Source: an uncultured bacterium (GTDB taxonomy: Bacteria; Patescibacteriota; Minisyncoccia; Phycocordibacterales; GWA1-40-21). Taken from it: DNA of 64,000 nt. The notes below the pieces were generated by a model, which did not search any database, was not told the origin of the DNA, and worked only from the letters and a program-made list of their open reading frames with translations. Each line of letters opens with the position of its first letter. Position 1 is the first letter of the stretch. The DNA is taken from NCBI GenBank assembly GCA_963798465.1, contig CAWCTC010000001.1, positions 196,315-260,314 on the forward strand. Reading direction: 5' to 3'. Below, in pieces: positions 46,695 to 56,084 of this stretch. A program made the translations under genes and the position numbers.

Positions 46695-46903
46695 TTTTCT
46701 TTTAATTTTTGCGAACTTCTTCGTTGCTGAGAAAATTTGTTTCTGCAATGTACCAACGTACATTTTAGTCACAAATTTTCTCACCACCTCGAATTTCATC
46801 AAAAATAAAAAGAAAAAATTAATTCAAATATTTTTTATTAACAATTATCAAATCTCGTCGCGCTTAAAGGACGGTCGCGCGACATGATTTCGCAAAATCA
46901 AAA

Positions 46904-49062
46904 ATGAAACGAGATTATCCATTAGAAAAAGTAAGAAACTTCGGTATCATTGCGCACATTGATGCTGGAAAGACGACAACATCCGAGAGAATTCTTTATT
47001 ACACGGGTTCTCAGCATAAAATCGGAGAAGTTCACGAAGGTGAAACGACGACCGACTGGATGGAACAGGAAAGAGAAAGAGGAATCACTATTACCTCGGC
47101 CGCTATTACCTGTTTCTGGAATCCTTCATACATGCCGAAGGAAGACACGAGCAAAAAAGTAAGATTCAATATCATCGATACTCCGGGGCACATCGATTTT
47201 ACCGCAGAAGTTAAGCGTTCACTGCGAGTTCTTGACGGAGCTCTTGTCGTTTTTGACGGAGTTGCAGGAGTTGAACCGCAGTCTGAAACAAATTGGAGAT
47301 ATGCCGACGAAGGAAAAGTCCCAAGAATCTGTTTGATAAATAAACTAGATAGAACTGGAGGAAGTTTTGAAAGATCATTTCAATCAATTTTGGAAAGGCT
47401 TACAAAAGATGCAGTCAGAATGCAGCTTCCAATCGGAGCGGAATCGGATTTCATCGGAGTTGTGGATTTGATGAAGATGAAGGCGTATTATTTTGAAGGT
47501 GAAATGGGTTCAATCGTCAGAGAAGCCGAAGTGCCGACAGATATGCTTGATGAGGCGAAAAAATACAGGCAGGAACTTGTGGAAAAAATTGCCGAGAATG
47601 ATGAAAAATTAATGAATGATTATCTTGAAGGAAAAGAAATTCCGATAGACGAATTGAAAAAAGTTTTGAGAAAAGCGACGATTGCAAACACGATTGTCCC
47701 TGTTTTTACAGGTTCAGCTTTGAAAAATAAAGGCATTCAGCTTTCTCTTGATGCAGTTGTCGATTATCTTCCTTCACCTCTTGATATTCCGCCGGTAAGT
47801 GGAATCGATCCAAGAGATGGAAGCGAAGCAATTAGACACGCGTCCGATGAAGAGCCATTTTGTGCTTTGGCTTTCAAATTGCAGAACGATCCATTTGTCG
47901 GACAGCTTACATATTTCAGAGTTTATTCCGGAAGCATTTCTTCAGGAACATATATTTACAATTCAACAACAGGCGAAAAAGAAAGATTGGGAAGAATTGT
48001 CCGAATGCACGCAAATGACAGAGAAGAAGTTGAAACAGTTTTTTCCGGAGAAATTGCAGCTGCCGTCGGACTTAAAAATGCAAAAACTTCTCACACGCTT
48101 TGCGACGAGGCAAACCCAATAATTCTTGATCAAATCGTATTTCCTGAGCCGGTTATTACACTCAGAATTGAACCAAAGACAAAAGCCGACCAGGAAAAAA
48201 TGGGATTTGCTTTGAAGAAACTTTCTGACGAAGATCCAACATTTAAAATTAAATCAGATTCAGAAACAGGAGAAACTGTTATGGCTGGCATGGGAGAGCT
48301 TCACCTTGAAATTCTTGTGGACAGAATGAAAAGAGAATTCGGAGTTGAAGCAAATGTCGGTAAACCACAAGTTGCTTACAAAGAAACAATTACCGGAGAA
48401 GCTGAGAAAGAAGAAAAATACATCAAGCAATCTGGAGGAAAAGGACAATACGGCCACGTTCTTATTAAAATCAAACCGATGCAACCTTTGGAGGAAGGAA
48501 AGAAAATTCCAAAAAATGTTAAGAGATACAGAAGACTTTGAATTCATCGATTCTATTAAAGGAGGAGTTATTCCACAAGAATTTATTCCTGCTGTTGAAA
48601 AAGGAGTCAAGGAAAGTATGGAAAGAGGAATTCTTGCAGGATACAGAATGGTAAATATTTCTTGCTGAACTTACTTACGGTTCATATCACGATGTCGACT
48701 CATCTGAAATCGCTTACAAGATTGCAGCTTCGATGGCTTTCCAAGATGCAGCGAAGAGAGCAAGACCTGTTATTCTTGAACCTGTCATGAAAGTTGAAGT
48801 TGTCACACCGGAGAAATTCATGGGAGACGTTTCAGGTTCAATTAATTCAAGAAGAGGACAAATAACTGAAATGTTCGACAGAGGAATGAACAAAGTCATC
48901 AGAGCAAATGTTCCGCTTGCGGAAATGTTCGGTTATGTCACGACACTTCGTTCAATTACTGAAGGAAGAGCTTCATCAACAATGGAATTCGGAAGCTATG
49001 AAATAGTTCCGCCAAATGTTGCGAAAGAGATTATTGAAGTGAGGGGCACACAAAGCAAGTAA
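46904..49062 (+). CDS. fusA: elongation factor G, reading frame interrupted twice near the 3' end as sequenced
   Basis: Intact from [14 protein letters not shown] to ~48520. It then continues in other frames (..[24 protein letters not shown].., then [27 protein letters not shown]..). Breaks are at ~48520 and ~48665. Confidence 0.9.
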
Positions 49063-49065
49063 TTG

Positions 49066-49091
49066 AAAACCGCTGGGATACCAGCGGTTTT
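49066..49091 (+). terminator. intrinsic terminator after fusA
   Basis: AAAACCGCTGG-GATA-CCAGCGGTTTT. Confidence 0.75.
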
Positions 49092-49093
49092 CT

Positions 49094-49216
49094 CTTGCTT
49101 TGTGTGAGACGGAGCGCGACGGCGCGAGTCCGGGCGTAGATTTTCTTATGAACGAAGTGAGTTAGAAAATCAAGTGCAAAGCTCGCGATATTTTTCAGCA
49201 GAAAATTATGCGTGAC
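49094..49216 (+). repeat. fusA-3'-end mirror (CTTGCTTTGTGTG) + GC-rich box + 25-nt box, related to the tRNA-linked modules
   Basis: 49094-49106 is the reverse complement of 49047-49059. AGACGGAGCGCGACGGCGCGAGTCCGGGCG is at 49107-49136, and TTTTCAGCAGAAAATTATGCGTGAC is at 49192-49216. Confidence 0.75.
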
Positions 49217-49443
49217 CTGCAATAACTAAATAATTTAGTTACTTAAATATTAAAATAGCAAAAATATAACAGAAACTTTTGTTTAATAAATTAATTATTC
49301 TACAATGTTTTTTGAATCCAACTTTAAAAAAAAGTTGGAATTGTTCTTTTTAGATTTAGATTAAAAATAAAATGATGAGGAGGTGAGAGTTTTTAGTTTT
49401 AGAAAGGTAAGAGTTTTAAAAAACTATATGAGGTGAAAGAAGA

Positions 49444-50079
49444 ATGAAGAAATTTTTATTTCTCGTTTTAGCTTCAGTTTTAATCTTTATCGTTTCATGC
49501 TCGAAAAATGTAATGCCGACAGCAAGCGACAACAGTGCAACAGTTTCTGCTCTGTCAACAGGCTGGCATCAGCTGACGCAGTTGCAAAGAAACGCGGCAA
49601 TTGTTGCGGCTGTCACTAATAACTGGTATAACGGTCAACTTTATACTGGATTAGGACAATGCAAAGGATGGGTACAAACTGTTGTATCTCAGGCATCAAG
49701 TGGGCTGGCTTGTCTTCCTGCCAATCAAGTACCTCCTGCATATCCTGTGGGTAATGAGTACAAATGGTCAACAAGCGATACTTGTTATCAATATGTCAAT
49801 TGGCTTACTCAGAATGCTTGTATTCCAATTGAGTACTCTCAACCTGGGTGGATAGTGCAGATGTATTTTAAGACTTTAAGTACTGGTCACGTTGATCCTC
49901 ACACCATGATTATTATGCGTGTGGACGGGACTGGTATTTATATTTCTGACTGCAATAGAAGTGTCGCTAATGCAGTTGCTATTAACTACTACATGCTATT
50001 TACGTATTTTTACGCACACGTGTCCGATTACTACGGAAATATCAACAGAAACTATTACAATTTGTATTCCGTTCTTTAG
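49444..50079 (+). CDS. lipoprotein with CHAP/NlpC-P60-like papain-fold signature
   Basis: Lipobox FIVSC. GQCKGWVQ (Cys) and GHVDPHTMII (His) are spaced as in CHAP-type amidases. Confidence 0.4.
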   Translation: MKKFLFLVLASVLIFIVSCSKNVMPTASDNSATVSALSTGWHQLTQLQRNAAIVAAVTNNWYNGQLYTGLGQCKGWVQTVVSQASSGLACLPANQVPPAYPVGNEYKWSTSDTCYQYVNWLTQNACIPIEYSQPGWIVQMYFKTLSTGHVDPHTMIIMRVDGTGIYISDCNRSVANAVAINYYMLFTYFYAHVSDYYGNINRNYYNLYSVL

Positions 50080-50171
50080 TTTGAATAGTTAGTTAAGTTT
50101 GTTATACTGCGAGTCTTGATTGATATTACCATCAAGACTCGTTTTTTATTAATAAATTAATTACCAAAAAT

Positions 50172-51215
50172 ATGATCAATAAAAAAATCTCAAATTTAAA
50201 AATTGTTTTAGCCGTCACTTTTCTATTGATTGTTGTTTTTGGATTCTATCTTTTAAAAACTCCTACCAAATCTATCAATTTAATAACTGTTGGTAGCGGT
50301 CCTTCTGGTATTGTTATTTCAGGTAATTATGCATATGTGGCTGATAATGGAGATGGAACTTTTTCTGTTATAAATATTTCCAATCCTTTATTACCCAAAA
50401 AAGTTACGATTGCTTATTTTAATAATTCCTTTGCGGGAGATTCTTTAAACGGTCTCGCTATTTCTGGTAATTATGCATACGTAACTAATCTAGCGAATAA
50501 CTCAATTTCAGTTCTTGATATTTCAAATCCTTCATCTCCAAAACAGGTTGCTACAACAACAGTTGGAAGTGGCCCACTAAATATTGTTATCTTTGGCAAA
50601 TATGCATATGTAACTGATAACATTGACGGTACACTTGACGGTATAGTTTCTGTTATTGATATTTCAAATCCTTTATTACCAAAACAAATTTCTACAACTA
50701 AAGTTGGAAAGGAACCTTCCGGTATAGCTATTAGTAATAGCTATGCATATGTGACCAATGGTGGTGATAATACTATTTCTGGTAACACAATTTCAGTTCT
50801 TGATATTTCAAATCCTTCATCTCCAAAACAGGTTGCTACAACAACAGTTGGAAAAGGTCCACAAAGCATTGCAATCAGCGGTAATTATGCATATGTAACC
50901 AATTATGTTGATGGTACAATCTCAGTTGTTAATATTTCAAATCCATTATCACCAAAACAAATTGCTACGGCTAAAGTGGGAGATGTTCCTATTGGCATTA
51001 CAATTTCTGGAAAAAATGCATACGTAGCTAATTATAGATCCAATACTATTTCTGTTCTTGATATTTCAAATCCTTTATCTCCAAAACTGATTACTACCAT
51101 CACAGTTGGAAGAGGTCCACAAGGTATCTTTATCCTTAATAAATATGCATACATAACAAATAATAGTGATGGTACAGTTTCTGTTGTTGATATTTCCAAA
51201 ATCATATCCAAATAA
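50172..51215 (+). CDS. membrane-anchored beta-propeller repeat protein (LVIVD/YVTN-type repeats, ~8 copies)
   Basis: N-terminal TM helix, then repeated VG.GP.GI.ISGNYAYV.N....T(I/F)SV(L/I)(D/N)ISNP..PK(Q)(I/V) units. Confidence 0.65.
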   Translation: MINKKISNLKIVLAVTFLLIVVFGFYLLKTPTKSINLITVGSGPSGIVISGNYAYVADNGDGTFSVINISNPLLPKKVTIAYFNNSFAGDSLNGLAISGNYAYVTNLANNSISVLDISNPSSPKQVATTTVGSGPLNIVIFGKYAYVTDNIDGTLDGIVSVIDISNPLLPKQISTTKVGKEPSGIAISNSYAYVTNGGDNTISGNTISVLDISNPSSPKQVATTTVGKGPQSIAISGNYAYVTNYVDGTISVVNISNPLSPKQIATAKVGDVPIGITISGKNAYVANYRSNTISVLDISNPLSPKLITTITVGRGPQGIFILNKYAYITNNSDGTVSVVDISKIISK

Positions 51216-51262
51216 TTAATAACCCTATCAAGAATTGTCCTTGATAGGTATAAAAATACAGC

Positions 51263-51292
51263 AAAAGGCGGGCCGTAAACGGCCCGCCTTTT
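51263..51292 (+). terminator. intrinsic terminator (hairpin identical to 59135-59156)
   Basis: AAAAGGCGGGCCG-TAAA-CGGCCCGCCTTTT. Confidence 0.8.
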
Positions 51293-51317
51293 GAATTGGT
51301 TATAACTCTCAAAAGTA

Positions 51318-51346
51318 TTGACTCTTTACTTTTCTCTTGCTATTAT
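51318..51346 (+). promoter_or_regulatory. sigma70-like promoter upstream of tuf (TTGACT-17 nt-TATTAT)
   Basis: TTGACT at 51318-51323 and TATTAT at 51341-51346. This leaves a ~190-nt leader before tuf. Confidence 0.45.
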
Positions 51347-51541
51347 CTTTGATACGCACTGTGCGGCTTTTTATTTTATTATATAAGCTACACAACAGTT
51401 GCAAAGTCGTAATTTATAAGTTTCCCAGTTCGCATTCCATGCCATGAGCAGGTTGTGAATGATGGGAGTAATTAATTTAGCTGGTTTTATAGGCAGAGTC
51501 ATTCTCGTGCACTCCGCTTTTAAAATCAGCAAGCACATAAT

Positions 51542-52742
51542 ATGGCAGAATTTTTAAGAGATAAACCACACGTAAACGTTGGTACAATCGGTCACATCGA
51601 CCACGGTAAGACAACTTTAACAGCAGCAATCACGCATGTCCAGGCCTTGAAAGGTTTGGCAAATGAAATTGCTTACGATCAAGTCGCTAAAGCGTCAGAA
51701 TCAGCAGGTAGAAGAGATGCAACAAAGATCATCACTATTTCTATTTCTCACGTCGAATATTCATCAGACAAGAGACACTATGCACACGTGGATTGCCCAG
51801 GGCACGCCGATTACATCAAGAACATGATTACAGGAGCCGCTCAAATGGACGGTGCTATTCTTGTAGTTTCAGCAGTTGACGGTCCTATGCCACAAACAAG
51901 AGAACACATTCTTTTGGCCAACCAAGTTGGAGTTCCAAAGATTGTTGTATTTCTAAACAAAGTTGACATGGTTCCAGATCCAGAACTTTTGGATTTGGTT
52001 GAAGCAGAAGTCAGAGAGCTTTTGACAAAATATAATTATGATGGAGAAAGCTCCGATAATCAGAGGTTCAGCAACAGAAGCTCTTAAAGCAAAGACACCA
52101 GATGATCCAGGAGCAAAATGTATAACTGAGCTTATGAATGCTCTTGATACATATATTCCGCTTCCAGTAAGAGATATCGACAAGCCATTTCTTATGCCTA
52201 TTGAAGATATATTCTCAATTGAAGGAAGAGGAACTGTTGTTACCGGAAGAATTGAAAGAGGAATTGTAAAAGTTGGAGAAGAAGTTGAAATCGTGGGTAT
52301 AAAACCAACAACAACCACAACAGTTACTGGTATCGAAATGTTCAACAAACAGCTTCAGAAGGGATGGCTGGAGACAATGCCGGAATTCTTTTGAGAGGTA
52401 CAAAGAAAGAAGATGTTCACAGAGGACAAGTTCTTGGCAAAACCAGGAACATTCACTCCTCACACAGAATTTGAAGCTGAAGTTTATGTTTTGAAGAAAG
52501 AGGAAGGCGGAAGACACACACCATTCTTTACAGGTTACAAGCCACAGTTCTACATGAGAACAACAGACGTAACAGGAGATGTTACTCTTGCAACAGGAGT
52601 AGAAATGGTTATGCCAGGAGATACAGTTACATTTAAAGTTAAACTCGTTGCTCCAGTCGCTCTTGAAGACAAAATGAAATTTGCCATCAGAGAAGGAGGA
52701 AAGACAGTCGGTTCAGGAGTCGTGACGAAAGTCATTGCTTAG
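51542..52742 (+). CDS. tuf: elongation factor Tu, reading frame interrupted three times as sequenced
   Basis: [27 protein letters not shown] full, stop-free EF-Tu can be read if single-base changes are allowed near 52060, 52360 and 52430. Confidence 0.9.
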
Positions 52743-52912
52743 AAAAATAAGAGTGAAGCGATATATTCTTCTTAGCCCCGTGAAATAAATTTTGTAAAAA
52801 TTTATTTTGTGAAAGCAAAATATTTCACTGGGGCTGCCCCAGTCAAATAAAAATGCAGAAATGCATTTGACGGGGCCATGATTTTTATACTCGCTTTGTT
52901 CGTTAAAAATCA

Positions 52913-53300
52913 ATGGAAAAAACAGCAATAAAAAAGAATACGAAAAGCTGCACCAAAAATCAAAGCAACGAAAGTTGCTGCAAAGAGGAAAGCTTCTTCC
53001 ATCTTAAGAATAAGAGTCAGGGCTTATGACAGCAAAATATTAGATGCTTCAGTGAAGCAAATAATTGAAACTGCTTTGCGACATGATGCAAAAATTGTCG
53101 GTCCAGTGCCCTTGCCAACGGAAATAAAAAAATATACGGTCAATCGAGCATCTTTCGTCTACAAAAATGCGCGAGAACAGTTTGAGATGAGGATACACAG
53201 AAGACTGATAGACATAATAAATCCGAACGCAAAAGTTATTGAGGCTCTTACAAACATCAGTTTGCCTTCAGGGGTGAACATCGATGTAAAGATGATCTAA
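52913..53300 (+). CDS. rpsJ: 30S ribosomal protein S10 with Lys/Ala-rich N-terminal extension, one frame break as sequenced
   Basis: ..ILRIRVRAYDSKILDASVKQIIETALRHDAKIVGPVPLPTEIKKYTVNRASFVYKNAREQFEMRIHRRLIDI.. ATG 52913 is in another frame, and the break lies in the A-run near 52930. Confidence 0.8.
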
Positions 53301-53439
53301 TAAAATCTAAATATTTACAGGCAGTGACCGCAATCCATTTATGGTTTGTGGTTTATCTGTATTAAAACATTATTAAAATAATACCGAATTTTAAAGTTAA
53401 GATATTGGCGACAATAAAACAATTTGAAATTCAAAACAG

Positions 53440-54048
53440 ATGAAATTTATACTAGGAATAAAACAGAATATGACTCAAATCTTCGACGAGAGCGGAAAAG
53501 TCCATCCTGTACAATTTTGCAAGCTGGTCCTTCGACGATTACTCAGGTGAAGACCAAGGAGAATGACGGCTATTGCGCCGTCCAGATCGGATGCGGACAG
53601 AAAAATGAAAAAAATATAAACAAGCCGATGAAAGGCCATTTGAACGGAGTCAATGCAAGATTTATAAAAGAATTTGTAGTTCTCGATGTTGCACGCTTTC
53701 AAAGTCGGAGAAAAAATAGATCTCTCATCCTTTGCGGTGGGCGATGTTATTGAAGTTTCAGCTATTTCAAAAGGAAAAGGATATCAGAGCGTTATCAAGA
53801 GACATGGTTTCAAAGGACAGCCAAGAAGCCACGGACAAAAACATACGTGAAAATGCTCCAGGTTCTATTGGAGGAGGTTTGAGAAACAAAGTTCCGAAAG
53901 AATATGAGAATGGCCGGAAGAATGGGAGGAGACAGAATTACCGTAAAGAATCTAAAAGTTCTCGGAGTCGACCAAGAACAACAATCAGCTTTTGATTAGC
54001 GGAGCAGTTCCAGGAAGAAGGGGAACTCTCGTCGAAATCAGAGGATAA
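53440..54048 (+). CDS. rplC: 50S ribosomal protein L3, at least five frame breaks as sequenced
   Basis: Pieces [24 protein letters not shown] / [27 protein letters not shown].. / [49 protein letters not shown] / APGSIGGG / [23 protein letters not shown] / [19 protein letters not shown] lie in alternating frames. Confidence 0.8.
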
Positions 54049-54054
54049 TACTTC

Positions 54055-54822
54055 ATGGAAAAAACAAAAACAAAAAACATGAAAAAAGTTTCAACCAAAA
54101 AAGCAAAAGAAATCGCTGAAAAAACCAAATAAAAGCGATTCCAGAAGCATCTTCTGCAAAAGTTTACAATCAAAGAGGAAAAGAAGTCGGCGAAATAAAA
54201 TTACCGGGAAATGTTTTCGGACTTTCTTGGAATGCCGACCTTGTCACCAAGTCATATACTTCAATGCTTTCAGACAGCAGAGTTATTTATGCCCACACAA
54301 AAACAAGAGGAGAAGTCCAGGAGGAGGAAAGAAACCATGGCAACAGAAAGGAACAGGACGCGCAAGACACGGTTCCACAAGATCACCTATCTGGGTTCAC
54401 GGAGGTATTGCCCACGGTCCAAACGGATTGAAAAATTACGGAAGAAAAATAAACAAGAAGATGAAATCAAAAGCTCTTTACACTATTCTTTCCAGAAAAT
54501 TGAAAGACGGAGAAATTCTTTTTGTTGATAAATTTGAAATTGCAAAACCAAAAACGGCAGAAGCATAGAAATTTTGAAATCTTTGAGCAAAATAAAAACT
54601 GTCCGAGATATATTCACAAAAAAAAATAATAGCGCAATCATTGCGATTTCAGGAAAAAAGCCTGCTTTTGAAAAGAGTTTTTCAAATATCGGAAATGTCG
54701 CGGTCGACGAAGTTAGAAACATAAATCCGGTAGATTTATTGAACATGAAGTATCTCGTAATCGAGAATCCGGAAGAATCAATCAAATTTATTGCAGGTAA
54801 AATGACAAAATACAAATATACC
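54055..54822 (+). CDS. rplD: 50S ribosomal protein L4, at least three frame breaks as sequenced (3' end uncertain)
   Basis: ..VYNQRGKEVGEIKLPGNVFGLSWNADLV.. / RGGGKKPWQQKGTGRARHGSTRSPIWVHGGIAHGP / ..ISGKKPAFEKSFSNIGNVAVDEVRNINPVDLL. Confidence 0.75.
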
Positions 54823-55122
54823 ATGAAAAACACAACAAGAAAAAAATCATATTTTGTCAATCATAAAGAAGCCAAAAATTACCGAAAAAGCAGGAATCAA
54901 GTCTGAATCCAGAATGTTTACACATTTCGAAGTTCAAAAGATGCCACAAAGAAAACGATTGCCGAAGCGATGCAAGTAGATTTACAAAGTTACGCCAATA
55001 AAAGTAAATATCGTAAATTTACCGGCAAAAAATGTTACAGCAAGAGGAAAAAGAGGAGTCAAACGGCTGTAAAAAAAGCTCTTGTATTCTTGAAAAAGGG
55101 AGATAAGATAGCATTTATATAA
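54823..55122 (+). CDS. rplW: 50S ribosomal protein L23, several frame breaks as sequenced
   Basis: HILSIIKKPKITEKAGIKSESRMFTHFEVQK / DATKKTIAEAMQ / YKVTPIKVNIVNLPAKNVTARGKRGVK / KKALVFLKKGDKIAFI* lie in different frames. ATG 54823 needs a shift in the A7 run. Confidence 0.7.
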
Positions 55123-55130
55123 AATACAAC

Positions 55131-55985
55131 ATGAAATTCTATAAACCAACATCACCGTCCAGAAGAAACATGTCCACTGTTACTTACAGAGGAGTTATTG
55201 ACTGCTGTCAAAGCCAGTAAAAGTCTCTGACAAAAGGAAGAAAGCAATGGCGGAAGAAACAACAGAGGAAGAATCACCATGAGACATCAAGGAGCGGGAA
55301 ACAAAAAAGTTTTCAGAGATGTAGATTTTATTTACGACAAGAAAGATATTCCCGCAAAAATAGTGACAGTTGAATATGATCCTTACAGAACCGGATTCAT
55401 CGGACTTGTAAATTACAAAGATGGAGAAAAAAGATATGTTCTTTTGCCAAAGGGAATGAAAGTCGGAGATACATTTCATTGTTTCAGAAAAAGCAGAAAT
55501 GAAAACAGGAAACAGAGTGCCTTTGAAAAGAATTCCAGTCGGTGCATTTGTTTACAACGTTGAAATCAAAGTTGGACGGCGGAGCAAAGCTTTGCAGATC
55601 TGCTGGAAACTTCGGCCAGATTGTTGCAAACGACGCCGGATATGTCCACATCAAACTTCCTTCAACTGAAATCAGAAAAGTTCCTGAAAATGCATGGGCA
55701 TGTATCGGATAAGTTTCAAATGAAGAACAGTGGCTCGTAAATGTCGGAAAAGCCGGAAGATCAAGATGGCTTGGAATCAGACCAACAGTTAGAGCTTCCG
55801 TTATGAACCCAGTGGACCACCCATACGGAGGAGGAGAAGGAAAACACGGACAGAGGTATGAGATTTGCAAAGACACTTGGGGTCAGCATGTCGGAAAAGG
55901 ACAGAAAACAAGAACTCCGAAGAAATACTCAAATTATCTGGTTGTTTCAAGACGAAAAGTCGGAAAAGCAAAGGGAGAGAAATAA
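55131..55985 (+). CDS. rplB: 50S ribosomal protein L2, many frame breaks as sequenced
   Basis: [15 protein letters not shown].., [24 protein letters not shown].., [79 protein letters not shown] lie in alternating frames. Confidence 0.8.
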
Positions 55986-56084
55986 TTTAAAAACCGCGAA
56001 AGCGATTGGAAAATTACTTGGCAGCAGGATAAATCCGTCACTTTTCATTTGCTTCAAACAGTGGTATATATTATGTATAAAACC

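Noticed and set aside
46612-46887. 91-aa ORF spanning the rpsG-fusA spacer
   Set aside because: It starts inside rpsG in another frame, crosses the intergenic hairpin motif, and shows no coding-like features.
51542-52742. Programmed ribosomal frameshifting (prfB/dnaX-like) in tuf and neighbours
   Set aside because: There are far too many shift sites (about 25-30 in ~5 kb), in both directions, and without slippery heptamers or stimulatory structures at the sites I inspected.
48500-56000. Stop-codon reassignment (UGA as Gly/Trp, genetic codes 25/4) as the explanation for the fragmented translation genes
   Set aside because: The fragments continue in different reading frames, so indels are required rather than read-through. 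TGA also clearly terminates intact genes here, for example RayT at 44389-44391 and the LAGLIDADG gene at 19676-19678.
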